A DNA stretch of 64,000 nucleotides from an uncultured candidate division Zixibacteria bacterium (GCA_963735035.1 CAVTJJ010000003.1:672001-736000); one strand, 5' to 3'. Positions 49,922-61,583 are shown, counted from the first letter of the stretch. Notes: a model not told the origin generated them from the sequence alone. Program-made: numbers and translations.

Positions 49922-51244
49922 TTGGCGAAGACTCGCATCACCTGGTATGTCCTGGCTGTCATGTTGGGGGCAAGTCTCGCCTTCTCCGCCTCAGCACAGA
50001 CACCCAATTCTCTCGGTCTGGATCAAGTCATCCGAGACGTTGTCCAGCACAACGACCGCATCGCTGCCGCACGTTACATGGAACAAGCCGCCCAGGCCAA
50101 AGTAGGTCCGGCCGGAGCGTGGGACGACCCCATGCTCATGCTCGGAGTACAAAACCTGCCGACCAATTTCGATTTCACGATGGACGATATGACCATGAAG
50201 ATGGTCGGCCTGAGCCAGAACATCCCGTACTCAGGATATAAGCACTTAGCCCGCAAGTCGGCGTCTTCTGAATCAAGAGCATCATCCGACGAACGCCGCG
50301 CGGATGAACTGACTCTGGTGACCTCCGCCAAGCAAGCGTTCTTCGACCTGTATTACCGTCAGCTCAACTTGAAGGCGCTCGAAAGCCAGCGAGAAATTCA
50401 GCAGCAAATCGTAGCTTCGACTACCGCCAAGCTTCGAGTCAATCAAGCCGGACAAGAAGAAGTCCTTGGCTCCCAGGCGGAACTGTGGCGGCTCGAATCG
50501 ACTATCCTCTCCGCTCAGCAGGAACTGACAGCATCGGCCAACAGTCTGTATGTCTTGCGCGGCCTCGACACACCCAAAGACATTCCAGCTTTGAGTGCCC
50601 CCCCGGCCGTAACCGTTCCCGAGTCGAGCGCGGCCTGGTCGGATGCGGCGCGTCAGGTCTATCCTCCCCTGAAACGCCTGAAGAATCAGTCGGAAGCGTA
50701 TGCTTTCTCTGCGCAATCATCCCGACGTATGCGCTGGCCGATGCTTGGACTTTCAGCCAGTTATGGTATACGCACCGGAGAATTCACTATGCCTAGTATG
50801 GGACGCATAATGAGAGACAATATGGTCAGTTTCGGACTGCAGTTCTCGCTGCCGATATTCTCCGGTCGCCAGCAGGGACGGATGGCAAAATCGATGACGG
50901 CAATGCAGATGAGCGCCGACGCAGAATCGGCCCAGTTGTGGCGGGAAGTGCAGTCCGATCTGGCTACCTTGCATCAGCGCGCGCTAAGAATTCAGCAGAG
51001 TCTGGCGCTCTATCGCGATCGCATCGTCCCGGCTTCCGAGGAAGCTTTCCGCAGCGCCCTGTCCGCTTACACGAACAATAATTCGACCCTGGTTTCTTTG
51101 CTGGCGTATTCGTCAGCTGTCTACCGAGACCGTATTACCGCCAACGAACTGGCCAACGATTTAGCAACTACTATGGCACAGGTAGAGCAATACACGACCG
51201 ACCCGAGCGTGTGGGAACCCATAACTTCAGATTCGGGCAAGTAG
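49922..51244 (+). CDS. TolC-family outer-membrane efflux protein (CusC-like); start could be the ATG at 49883
   Basis: Signal peptide, OEP helical pattern, DDPMLMLG and FSLPIF motifs; first gene of an HME-RND operon. Confidence 0.88.
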   Translation: MAKTRITWYVLAVMLGASLAFSASAQTPNSLGLDQVIRDVVQHNDRIAAARYMEQAAQAKVGPAGAWDDPMLMLGVQNLPTNFDFTMDDMTMKMVGLSQNIPYSGYKHLARKSASSESRASSDERRADELTLVTSAKQAFFDLYYRQLNLKALESQREIQQQIVASTTAKLRVNQAGQEEVLGSQAELWRLESTILSAQQELTASANSLYVLRGLDTPKDIPALSAPPAVTVPESSAAWSDAARQVYPPLKRLKNQSEAYAFSAQSSRRMRWPMLGLSASYGIRTGEFTMPSMGRIMRDNMVSFGLQFSLPIFSGRQQGRMAKSMTAMQMSADAESAQLWREVQSDLATLHQRALRIQQSLALYRDRIVPASEEAFRSALSAYTNNNSTLVSLLAYSSAVYRDRITANELANDLATTMAQVEQYTTDPSVWEPITSDSGK

Positions 51245-51285
51245 CACAAGAAGAGCAAGAAGCACGAGAAAGACGAGTAGAGATT

Positions 51286-52871
51286 ATGTCAGACGATCAT
51301 CAACTATACAATCCGGATGACAGCGAAGTGATGCCCGAAGGCGAAGAAGCACCTCCGCCCTACACGCACACCATGGCTATAGTGCGCTGGGTACTCCTGG
51401 GTGCAATGACCCTGTTCGCGGTCGTTATGGTACTTCATTACTTCGGCGCCACCCCCTGGCAGAGCGCGTCCGCTCAGGCGACCCAGTACCACTGCCCGAT
51501 GCACCCCACTTATGTCAGCAACCAACCAGGCGAATGTCCAATATGCGGCATGAACCTTGTCCCGATCGACAAAGAGGGACATGAGATGGCCGCGAGCAAG
51601 GATACCGACGAGCATGGCGGGAATGCCGGGAATGGCAGAACCGGCCAAACCGAAAGCCAAACCAGGGCAGTACACCTGCCCGATGGACCCGGAGAGTAAT
51701 TTCGGACACCCCCGGCAAGTGCCCGATTTGTGGCATGAACCTTGAGCTTGTGCCCCCCGATACGACCACCACCGCTTCGACACCTGCCGCCCCATCGACC
51801 GCGATGCCGATGCCGAATCCATCCCCGGTGCCGGGACTCGTATCCGTGACAATCGAACCACAGCGACTGCAGTTAATCGGCGTGAAGACCGGCCCTGTCG
51901 AAATGCGCAAGATCGAAGGCGGAATCAAACTCGTGGGCTACGTCACGCCCGACGAAACGAAAGTCTCCAATCTGAATATCAGGGTCAGCGGCTGGGTTCA
52001 AAAGCTGTATGTCGACCAGACCGGCCAGTTGGTCTCAGAGGGTCAACCCTTGCTTTCAATATACAGTCAGGATTTATACCAGGCCCAGCAGGACTATCTG
52101 GTAGCGCTGGCGACGTCCGGGCAGATGACGGGTGACGCGGTTCTCGGATCGGCGCGAACGCAAATCGTCGATGCCGCTCGCGAGCGGCTGCGGCTTCTGG
52201 GCATACCCGACGAGGACGTCACCACTCTCGTAGCCGACGGCAAAGCAAGTTCAGAACTGACTCTTCGCAGCCAGTTCACCGGCATCGTCCTCAATAAGAA
52301 TGTCAACCAGGGGCAATTTGTCGGCCCGGGTCAGGACTTGTTTACTATCGCCGATCTCCGAAAAGTGTGGGTCCTCGCCGACGTCTACGAGAAAGACCTT
52401 TCGCAGATTCGTGTCGGGCAGGAAGTCACCGTGACCGCATCGGGAGTCGATGAAGAATTTCAGGGCACCGTGCAATTCATCTATCCCACCGTAGCCGAGC
52501 AGACGCGCACGGCCAAGCTGCGCATCGAACTGTCGAACCCACAGATGAAACTTCGCCCCGGCATGTACGCCGACGTTCGACTCACCGACGACAGCAAGCC
52601 AGTTCTGGCGATGCCGTTCGACGCCTTGATGGACGGCGGCGAGACGCGGTACGCCTTTGTCGTACACAACGGAACTCACTTCGAGCCACGATTGCTCAAC
52701 ATCGGCCGTCGCTCTGACGAATGGGTCGAAGTGCTCTCGGGACTTTCGGCCGGTGAGGTCGTGGTCACCAGCGCCAATTTCCTAATTGATTCCGAGAGTC
52801 GGCTGAAAGCCGCTATATCAGGGATGGGAAGCACTGAACCCAACGCCCATGCCGGCCACAGTGGCATGTAG
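51286..52871 (+). CDS. cusB: CusB-like efflux adaptor with two heavy-metal-binding (YxCPM) domains, two apparent frameshifts near 51605 and 51695
   Basis: YHCPMHP...[11 protein letters not shown]; a second [24 protein letters not shown] spread across frames; then the MFP core ending SANFLIDSESRL. Confidence 0.85.
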
Positions 52872-52888
52872 GAGATGAGAAGATCGAT

Positions 52889-55800
52889 ATGATAAGCGCC
52901 CTGATAGATTTCTGCGCCCGAAACAAGGCGGTAGTGTTCATAGCGACCGTCTTCGCGATTCTGGGCGCATGGTACTCGATCCACAACATCGCCCTCGATG
53001 CGATCCCCGATCTGTCCGACACCCAGGTGATTCTCTACACCGAGTGGATGGGACGCGGTCCCGATCTGGTGGAGGATCAGATCACCTACCCGATGGTGTC
53101 CGCTCTGCTGTCGGCCCCGAAAGTAACCGCCGTGCGCGGGTATTCCATGTTCGGCATGTCGTTCGTATACGTCATCTTCGAAGACGGCACCGACATCTAC
53201 TGGGCCCGCAGCCGGGTGATGGAGTACATGAAGCAGTTCGAGTCCAAGCTGCCGACCGGAATCACTCCAATTATCGGACCTGACGCCACTTCGGTCGGAT
53301 GGGTGTTCCAGTACGCCCTGGTAGACAAGACCGGCAAGCATGACCTGGCTGATCTACGGACGTTTCAGGACTTCAATCTCCGTTATGCACTCTCGGCGGT
53401 CTCGGGAGTCGCCGAGGTAGCCTCAATCGGCGGGTATCAGAAACAATACCAGGTAGAAATCGACCCGACCAAGCTACAGGCGTATGGACTGTCCATAGGC
53501 GATGTTACCCGCGCCATCCGTGCAAGCAACAACGATGTCGGCGGACGCGTTCTCGAGATGTCCGGTCGCGAGTACTACGTCCGCGGACGGGGTTATATCA
53601 AAGATCTCGAAGCCCTGCGGCAAATCTCACTCGGCCGTAGTCCGACCGGCACACCGATCCTGCTCGACAATGTCGCCACTCTCAGTTTCGGCCCGGATAT
53701 CCGTCGCGGCCTGGGCGAGCTGGACGGCATCGGCGAGGCGGTCGGCGGCATCGTGGTCATGCGTTTCGGCGAAAACGCGCTGGATGTAATCGAGCGGGTT
53801 AAACAGAAGATCCAGGAACTTCAGCCCTCGTTTCCGGAAGGTGTCGAGCTCAAGATCGTCTATGATCGCAGCAATCTGATCGACCGGGCCATCCACACCC
53901 TGAAGCACAGCTTAATCGAGGAAGGCATCGTGGTCGCAGCGGTCATTATCATCTTCCTGATGCATTTCGGAAGTTCTCTGGTGCCGATTATAGTCCTGCC
54001 CATCGCGGTCGCACTGGCTTTCATCCCCATGTACTTCTTTGGCATCAATTCCAACATCATGAGCCTGGGAGGTATTGCCATCGCCATCGGCGCAATGGTC
54101 GACGCCACTATTGTACTGGTGGAGAACGCCCATAAACGTCTTGAGAAAGCCCCGCCGGCGCCAGTCGCTCTGAAGTTATCATCGCCGCCGCGAAAGAGGT
54201 CGGCCCCGCTATCTTTTTCGCACAGTTGATCATTACGGTAGGCTTCCTGCCGATTTTCGCCCTCACCGGTCAGGCGGGCAAACTCTTCACACCGCTGGCC
54301 TTCACCAAGACGTTCGCCATGTTCTTCTCGGCCGTCGCGGCGATGACTATCGCTCCGGCCCTTATGATGTTGTTCATGCGCGGCAAAGTTCATCCGGAGT
54401 CCAAGCATCCGGTCTCGAAGCTGCTTATCGCGGTGTACAAACCATTTGTTTACGTGGCTCTCCGTAATCCGAGAACGACCATTGCCATCGGCATTATGGC
54501 GATCATTTCGGCCATTCCAATGATCCCCAAGATCGGCTCCGAGTTCATGCCGCCGCTCAACGAAGGGGACATTCTCTACATGCCGACCACTTTCCCGAAT
54601 ATTGCTATCGAGCAAGCCAAACAGTACATGCAGTACCAGGATCGCGTGATCAAATCTTTCCCCGAAGTGATCTCGGTCTACGGCAAAGCCGGTCGTGCCG
54701 AAACCCCTACCGATCCGGCCCCGCTCAGCATGCTTGAAACAGTCGTGCAGTTGAAACCGCGCGAGGAATGGCGCAAGGTGCCGCAGGAGCGCTGGTACTC
54801 TTCATGGGCGCCGGAATTCATGAAGAAGGCTCTTCGCCCCATTTGGCCGGAAGAACGCATCATCGATTGGAAAGAACTGATCGCGGAATTTGACAAGGCG
54901 ATGCAAATGCCGGGCTGGACCAACGCCTGGACCATGCCTATCAAAACTAGAATCGACATGCTCTCGACCGGTATCCGCACCCCTATCGGCGTCAAAATTT
55001 TCGGAACGAGTCTCGATGAAATCGAACGGATCGGTCAGGAGCTCGAAAAGTCGCTGTCGAAACTTCCCGGTACCCGCTCGGTGTACTCCGATCGCAACAC
55101 CGGCGGGTTCTTTATTGATATCATCCCGGACCGCGAGGCGATAGCCCGCTACGGCCTCACCATGCAGGATGTGAATGACGTCATCGAGGCGGCTATCGGC
55201 GGCATGCCGGTGAGCGTCACGGTCGAAGGCCGCAACCGCTTCTCGGTCAACGTTCGCTATCCCCGCGAACTGCGCCAGAATGTCGACCGACTGAAAGAGA
55301 TCCTCATTCCTCTACCCGCCTCTGCAGGCGACAAATCCAGCAGTGGAATGCCTACCATGGGCGCCCTGCCAACGTTCACCGAACCGCCGCTCCTGGCCTC
55401 GAATGACCCTATAGTCGATTACCAGGCTTTGGCAAAGACTGTACAATTCGCCCAGATGGGCAACATGCCCGCCGGCGGCGGAAGTATTGACCGCCCCTTC
55501 CCCGGCGCCGGAATGAGTTCAGGCCAGATGGCGCCGAGCAAGATGCCGGCCAATGCCGCGGGCATGTCCGGATCATCGAGCACGCCAACTTTCAAGCTCC
55601 CGGAAGGCCGTGCGAGCATTCCGCTGGGCCAGATTGCCGAAGTCAAAATAGTCGGTGGACCGCCGATGATTCGCGATGAAAACGGCATGCTGGTCGGCTA
55701 TGTCTATGTCGACATGGATCAAACCAAGCGCGACATCGGCGGCTATGTGGACGAAGCCAAGAAGACGGTCGCAGCCGAAATTTCGATACCGGCCGGGTAT

Positions 55801-56391
55801 TATCTGAAATGGACCGGTCAGTACGAACTGCTTGAAGCGATGGCCAAGCGCATGAAGATCGTAATTCCGATCACGCTGATTCTGGTCGTCATACTCCTGT
55901 ACCTGAACTTCCGCAACGTGACCGAAACCTTGATCGTGCTCGCCTCGGTACCGTTTGCTCTCGTGGGCAGTATCTGGCTGATGTACTTCCTGGGGTACAA
56001 CTACTCCACCGCGACCCTGGTGGGCATTATTGCACTGGTAGGATTGGCAACCCAGACCGGCATTGTAATGGTGCTATATCTCGATCACGCCTATGAACGG
56101 CGCAAGAAGGCCGGCAAGATTCGTGATCTCAACGATATTATCTGGGCGCACATGGAAGGTACTGTGATGCGCGTCCGACCCAAGCTCATGACGGTGACTA
56201 CTACGGCCGTCGGCCTGATACCGCTCCTTTGGGCTTCTGGAACGGGCGCAGACGTCATGAAGAGAATCGCGGCGCCGATGGTCGGCGGGCTGATTACGTC
56301 TACCTTCCTGACGCTTGAGATTATCCCGGTGGTCTACACTTACTGGCGACTCTGGCAAATTAGGCGGGAGAAGCTCCAATCCCAGCATTAG
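52889..56391 (+). CDS. cusA: CusA/SilA-type heavy-metal RND permease, apparent -1 frameshift near 54155
   Basis: DAIPDLSDTQV, GAMVDATIVLVENAHK, EFMPPLNEGDILYMP, DPAPLSMLET, WTMPIKTRIDML and RVRPKLMT motifs. Confidence 0.92.
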
Positions 56392-56488
56392 TATTTGACA
56401 ATCCGACGACATGTCAGCAAGTTACGCTCTACGGCAGGAAAGCGACAATCCAAGCGAGAAAGCGACCTGCCGAGACTGATAGGCCGCT

Positions 56489-57199
56489 ATGTCTGACAAA
56501 ACCGTTCTGGTCATAGAAGACGATAACGACATTCGTGAACTCATCACGTACAATCTAGTTCGTGAGGGATACCAGGTTTTGGAATCGTCTGACGGAGAAG
56601 ACGGTCTGTCCAAGGCCAAATCGAAGCCGTGTGACTTGATACTTCTTGATCTGATGCTGCCCGGCGTTAGCGGCCTTGAAATCTGCAAGAACCTGAGAGC
56701 CGCTCCAAAAACGGCCAACATTCCCATTATCATGGTCACAGCCAAGGGCGAGGAAGCGGACATAGTCGTTGGTCTAGAACTTGGAGCTGATGACTATGTC
56801 GTCAAACCGTTCAGCCCGAAAGTGCTCATGTCCCGAGTGCGAGCGGTGCTCAGGCGACAGCGTACTAGCACCGACGCTACATCAGGAGCACCCATCAAGT
56901 TCGACAATCTCGAAATCCACTCCGGAAAACGCGAAGTCCTGATCGATAGTAAACCGATTGATCTGACCTACACCGAGTTTCAGATTCTATATTTTCTTGC
57001 TTCGCGACCCGGCTGGGTCTTCACCCGGTATCAGATTGTCGATGCGGCCAAAGGTGAAGGTTACCCGGTAACCGACCGGGCCGTCGATGTACATATCGTC
57101 AGCCTGCGCAAGAAGCTGGGAGCGTGTGGCAAGTATATCGAAACGATACGCGGTGTCGGCTACCGCTTCGCCGAACAGATACCCGAGGCCGAGGAATAA
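56489..57199 (+). CDS. phoB: OmpR/PhoB-family response regulator
   Basis: LDLMLPG, GLELGADDYVVKPFSP and IETIRGVGYRF; precedes phoR-like and pst genes. Confidence 0.85.
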   Translation: MSDKTVLVIEDDNDIRELITYNLVREGYQVLESSDGEDGLSKAKSKPCDLILLDLMLPGVSGLEICKNLRAAPKTANIPIIMVTAKGEEADIVVGLELGADDYVVKPFSPKVLMSRVRAVLRRQRTSTDATSGAPIKFDNLEIHSGKREVLIDSKPIDLTYTEFQILYFLASRPGWVFTRYQIVDAAKGEGYPVTDRAVDVHIVSLRKKLGACGKYIETIRGVGYRFAEQIPEAEE

Positions 57200-57202
57200 A
57201 CT

Positions 57203-58990
57203 GTGGCTAAGCGCCCCCTGTTCTGGCAACTCTTCCCCTCATATCTGGCGGTTCTATTCCTTGCCCTCGCTGCGGCGAGTTGGTTTGTGGTGCATTCCAT
57301 AAAGGACTTCTATCTCAGCCACACGGCTCAGGAACTTGAGGCTCGCGCTGTGCTATTGCGGGAGCAACTCGCAGGTTACAGCTTCGACTCCGAACCTACC
57401 AAGATTGACAGCCTGTGTAAGCGGCTCGGCCGCGAGAGCGGGACACGTATTACGGTGATGTTGCCTTCGGGAACAGTCATCGGCGATAGTGACGACAACC
57501 CACCTACCATGGAGAATCACGCCAATCGACCCGAATTTCAAGATGCCCTGAACGGCCGCACCGGAGTTGCTACTCGCTTCAGTCACACTCTGCAAAAGAC
57601 CATGATGTACGCGGCGATTCCAATTAAATCAAATGGCCAGCTAAGAGGCATCATACGAACATCCATGCCCATCAACGAAATTGAGCACACCTTCGGCTCC
57701 ATCTATACCAAGTTGAGCGGTGGACTTCTCTTGATCGCTCTGCTTGCCGCATTTGTCAGTCTGTTCATTTCGCGCCAGCTTGCCCAGCCGCTGGTTAAGA
57801 TGCGACTGGCCGCAGAGCGCTTTGCCGTGGGTGATTTCAGTCACCACCTCCCGGCGGGAACCAGCCAGGAAACCGATCAACTGGCCCGGACCATGAATGA
57901 AATGGCGGCCCAGCTCGACGATAAGATTCGAGCCATCACCGACCAGAGAAACGAACGTGACGCCGTCCTGTCGAGCATGGTGGAAGGCGTGATTGCGGTC
58001 GATACGAACGAACGTGTCATCAGTCTTAACCGTGCCGCCACTCAGATGCTGGATGTTGAATCGCATACGGTGGTCGGCCGCTATCTTCAGGAGGCTTTCC
58101 GAGTCGCCGATCTGCAGCAATTCGTGGCAACAATTCTCCGTACTCAATCAACCCAGGAAAGCCAGTTCAGCCTTCAGGGATCGAGTACCCGGATAGTGCA
58201 GGCTCTCGGCGCGCCCCTAAAAGGTGATTCGGGTCAGAACCTGGGAGCGGTGGTAGTGCTGCACGACATAACCCGGCTGCACCAACTCGAAGTCGTTCGT
58301 CGTGATTTTGTCGCCAATGTTTCCCACGAACTCCGCACCCCGATTACTTCGATCAAGGGATTCGTGGAGACTCTTCGCGATGGTGCTATGGCAGACACCG
58401 AGCAAGCAACCCGATTCCTGGACATAATCTCTCGCCAGACCGACCGCCTCAATTCTATAATCACCGACTTGCTCACTCTGTCCGAGTTGGAGCAATCCTC
58501 ACGAGGCGCCATCGGCCTTCAGCCCTCCGATCTCAAGGCCCTTCTGGAAGGAGCCATCGAGTTGGTGCGTCCGAAAGCGGAGACGGCGAGAATCAACATC
58601 TCACTACAATGCAACCCCTCTCTTGAAATCACGGTCAATCCCCCCCTCATGGAGCAGGCCATCGCCAATCTGCTGGACAACGCCATCAAGTACAGCAACG
58701 CCGGTGAAGCAATCGAAGTAACCGCCCAGATTGCCAATCAGCGGGTCTCGATAAGTGTCCGTGACCACGGTTGTGGTATCGAACGAACGCACCTGCCGCG
58801 CCTGTTCGAACGATTCTATGTGGTCGATCGGGCCCGCAGCCGCGAACTCGGCGGCACAGGGCTGGGTCTCTCGATTGTTAAGCATATCGTTTCGGTTCAC
58901 GGCGGCGAGGTTACAGTCGAGAGCACCCCCGACAAAGGCAGTATCTTTACTATCAGCCTGCCTTACTCTCCGACCAACATTAATCTCTAA
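57203..58990 (+). CDS. phoR: PhoR-like sensor kinase (periplasmic domain, HAMP, PAS, HisKA)
   Basis: ENHANRPEF, RRDFVANVSHELRTPITSIKGFVETL and RARSRELGGTGLGL motifs. Confidence 0.88.
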   Translation: MAKRPLFWQLFPSYLAVLFLALAAASWFVVHSIKDFYLSHTAQELEARAVLLREQLAGYSFDSEPTKIDSLCKRLGRESGTRITVMLPSGTVIGDSDDNPPTMENHANRPEFQDALNGRTGVATRFSHTLQKTMMYAAIPIKSNGQLRGIIRTSMPINEIEHTFGSIYTKLSGGLLLIALLAAFVSLFISRQLAQPLVKMRLAAERFAVGDFSHHLPAGTSQETDQLARTMNEMAAQLDDKIRAITDQRNERDAVLSSMVEGVIAVDTNERVISLNRAATQMLDVESHTVVGRYLQEAFRVADLQQFVATILRTQSTQESQFSLQGSSTRIVQALGAPLKGDSGQNLGAVVVLHDITRLHQLEVVRRDFVANVSHELRTPITSIKGFVETLRDGAMADTEQATRFLDIISRQTDRLNSIITDLLTLSELEQSSRGAIGLQPSDLKALLEGAIELVRPKAETARINISLQCNPSLEITVNPPLMEQAIANLLDNAIKYSNAGEAIEVTAQIANQRVSISVRDHGCGIERTHLPRLFERFYVVDRARSRELGGTGLGLSIVKHIVSVHGGEVTVESTPDKGSIFTISLPYSPTNINL

Positions 58991-59067
58991 CGCCATACCC
59001 GGCATCTAACTACAGCAGCGAGGGCCCTTCTTCCCTTTCTTCGGGGAATAAGACGGGTATACCTATT

Positions 59068-59096
59068 TCTAACTAGTCCTTAACAGAATCTTAACA
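59068..59096 (+). promoter_or_regulatory. Pho box-like direct repeats
   Basis: TCTAACT / CTTAACA / CTTAACA at an 11-nt period (59068, 59079, 59090). Confidence 0.75.
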
Positions 59097-59187
59097 GGCC
59101 CCCGGTTTATAGGGGCATCTGAGTGAACGTATTCCCGCGTGACTCGGCAGGAACTTGGCAGGAATCTGGGAAGAGAAAGGAACTATA

Positions 59188-60429
59188 ATGAGAAAGGCGC
59201 TAATCGTAGCCCTGGTAATTGCAGCAACGGCAGCCGGTCGTGGGGCGGGCCAGTCATCGAGCGACAGCACTTTGACTCCACAGGAAATCAGCGACCGCCT
59301 TGCCGGCATAAACGAAAACCTGAACACGCTGAACGGTGATGTCGCCATCCTCAAAAGCCTCAAAGCCAGCGGCTATCTCCAGGCCCGATACGAGTACAAT
59401 GATACCTCGCAGACCGGCGACCTGGTCAACGGAACGGTCGTTAATCGAAACGCCAACAATTTCTATATCCGCCGCGGCCGGATCAAATTCACTTTCCAGC
59501 CCGCCCAGTCGAGCAAATACGTGATTTACTTCGACGCCTCCAAGAATAGCATCTCTATGAAAGAAGCTTATCTGGAACTCTACCGCTCGTTCGATAAGCA
59601 CAATTTCGCCTTTACGGCCGGCCAGTTCAACATTCCGTTTGGATACGAGATCGAGTACTCGTCCTCAAAGCGTGACTTCCCCGAACGAAGCATGGCCGAG
59701 AACAAACTGTTTCCCGGCGAGCGCGATCGCGGGATCAATCTTACCTACACTGCCCCCAAGTACTTGCAGTTGAATGCGGGAGTACTTCAGGGGAACGGAA
59801 TTGACGGCGCCTGGAATACACCAAGGAAAGCCAAAGATGTGGTAGCACGCGCTAAGGCCAAGTTCGGCTTTATCGATGTCGGCATGTCCGGCTACTGGGG
59901 AAAATCTTACGTCGCCAGCACCGCCGCCGTCGTGGGTTCGAGTTCCTGGTACGACGCTAACAAGAACAACCAGATAGATTCGGGCGAAGTCAAGACCACT
60001 TCCCCCAAAGCGGCCGTTCAAGGATCGACCTGGGACAAGGACCGCTACGGGCTCGACGCCCAGGCGTATCTCGACCTGCTTCCGATCGGCAGCACAGGCC
60101 TTCGAGGCGAATTCTACCTGGCCAGAGATTACAATAAAGACATCAAGAATGTAGCCCATGAGCAGGGCTGGTATCTTTGGCTATCACAGAATCTCGGCAA
60201 GAAATTCGGCGCTGCCGCTCGCTACGATTACTGGAGCCCGAATACCCGCCTGGCCAACAACGCCACCGGCACCTGGTCGTTTGCGACTAGCTACTTCTAC
60301 GACGGCAACGTCCGTATCACCCTTGGGTACGATATTCCCAAGTTGCTGAAAGGGAAATCTACCTTCTCCAAGTCGGAAAAGGATCGCAAGGACAACCGGC
60401 TCACCCTTCAATTCCAATACACGATATAG
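59188..60429 (+). CDS. Phosphate-selective porin (OprO/OprP-like)
   Basis: Signal peptide, SGYLQARY, FYIRRGRIKF, AGQFNIPFGYE, terminal beta-strand LQFQYTI; lies upstream of pstS. Confidence 0.8.
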   Translation: MRKALIVALVIAATAAGRGAGQSSSDSTLTPQEISDRLAGINENLNTLNGDVAILKSLKASGYLQARYEYNDTSQTGDLVNGTVVNRNANNFYIRRGRIKFTFQPAQSSKYVIYFDASKNSISMKEAYLELYRSFDKHNFAFTAGQFNIPFGYEIEYSSSKRDFPERSMAENKLFPGERDRGINLTYTAPKYLQLNAGVLQGNGIDGAWNTPRKAKDVVARAKAKFGFIDVGMSGYWGKSYVASTAAVVGSSSWYDANKNNQIDSGEVKTTSPKAAVQGSTWDKDRYGLDAQAYLDLLPIGSTGLRGEFYLARDYNKDIKNVAHEQGWYLWLSQNLGKKFGAAARYDYWSPNTRLANNATGTWSFATSYFYDGNVRITLGYDIPKLLKGKSTFSKSEKDRKDNRLTLQFQYTI

Positions 60430-60460
60430 ATAAGACCAATAGGCGTAAGGAGCCCAAAAT

Positions 60461-61324
60461 ATGAAAAACGAAAAATTGACAAAGAAGCTGCTTACGGTTC
60501 TTGTGTATGGAACCGTGGCCCTGACCATCGCCCTCTGTCTATGCGACGCTGTTTTTGCCGCACAGACTGTTACGGTCAAAGGATCGGATACTATGCTCCT
60601 CCTGGGGCAGAGATGGTCCGAAGTTTTTATGAGCAAGAACCCGAATGTGTCGATCCAGGTAATGGGCGGTGGATCTGGTGTCGGGATCGCCGCTCTAATC
60701 AATGGTTCGACCGACATTTGCGAAGCCTCTCGTTCGATGAAGCCCAGCGAAGTCGACAAACTGAAGGAACGGTTCAACAGCCCCGGAGTGGAAATTCCGG
60801 TAGCTCGTGACGGACTCTCGGTATACGTCAGTGAAGCCAACACCGTAACTGAACTTACAATCGACCAATTGAAGCAGATCTACCTCGGCAAGATTACTAA
60901 TTGGAAAGACGTCGGCGGATCGGATGCGCGGATCATTATGTACGGACGTGAGAACAGCTCCGGCACTTACGCCTTCTTCAAGGAAAACGTTCTGGCCAAC
61001 AAAGACTTCGCCCCCCAGGTGCAGGGTCTGCCGGGGACTGCGGCCGTCGTGAATGCTGTCGCCAAAGATAACTCCGGAATCGGCTACGGCGGCGCCGCCT
61101 ACGCCAAAGGGGTAAGACTCCTCAAGCTCAAGAAGGACGATAAGAGCCCGGCCTATGAGCCATCGCTCGAAAACGTCAAGAGCGGTCAGTACCCGTTGTC
61201 GCGACACTTGTTCTGGTACCTGCGGAACAAGCCGACCGGCGATCTGAAGAAGCTGGTCGATTTTGTCCTCTCCCCTGAAGGACAGGAGATTGTTACCAAG
61301 GTCGGGTATTTCCCGGTCAACTAA
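60461..61324 (+). CDS. pstS: Phosphate ABC transporter substrate-binding protein
   Basis: VKGSDT, GGGSGVGIAAL, GRENSSGT and YPLSR motifs. Confidence 0.95.
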   Translation: MKNEKLTKKLLTVLVYGTVALTIALCLCDAVFAAQTVTVKGSDTMLLLGQRWSEVFMSKNPNVSIQVMGGGSGVGIAALINGSTDICEASRSMKPSEVDKLKERFNSPGVEIPVARDGLSVYVSEANTVTELTIDQLKQIYLGKITNWKDVGGSDARIIMYGRENSSGTYAFFKENVLANKDFAPQVQGLPGTAAVVNAVAKDNSGIGYGGAAYAKGVRLLKLKKDDKSPAYEPSLENVKSGQYPLSRHLFWYLRNKPTGDLKKLVDFVLSPEGQEIVTKVGYFPVN

Positions 61325-61335
61325 CCAGGGTTTTC

Positions 61336-61361
61336 GGAGGGGAGCACTGCTCCCCTCCTTT
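61336..61361 (+). terminator. Hairpin/terminator after pstS
   Basis: GGAGGGGAGC-ACT-GCTCCCCTCC followed by TTT. Confidence 0.7.
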
Positions 61362-61403
61362 CATTCCACCGCCCCATCTCTCGGGCGGCCAATTTTATGT
61401 TTT

Positions 61404-61421
61404 CTTAACCAAATCTTAACA
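61404..61421 (+). promoter_or_regulatory. Second Pho box upstream of pstC
   Basis: CTTAACC-AAAT-CTTAACA, 11-nt period. Confidence 0.7.
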
Positions 61422-61583
61422 TTACGAAGGTAGATAATTGAAGTATATGAAGACGATACGGATTCTGAGAAGGCAACTCCCGACCGGTGGTGGGCAATCG
61501 AGAGTCAGAAGATTGCTGCACAAATCAATTACTTCCCGCCGGCGCTGGACTATACGGAGAAGCGTGCGCTAAAGTAGGCAGCC

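Noticed and set aside
61434..61583. Open frame upstream of pstC separated from it by a single in-frame TAG (possible readthrough)
   Set aside because: No canonical start or RBS for the upstream part, and TAG serves as a normal stop elsewhere in the window.
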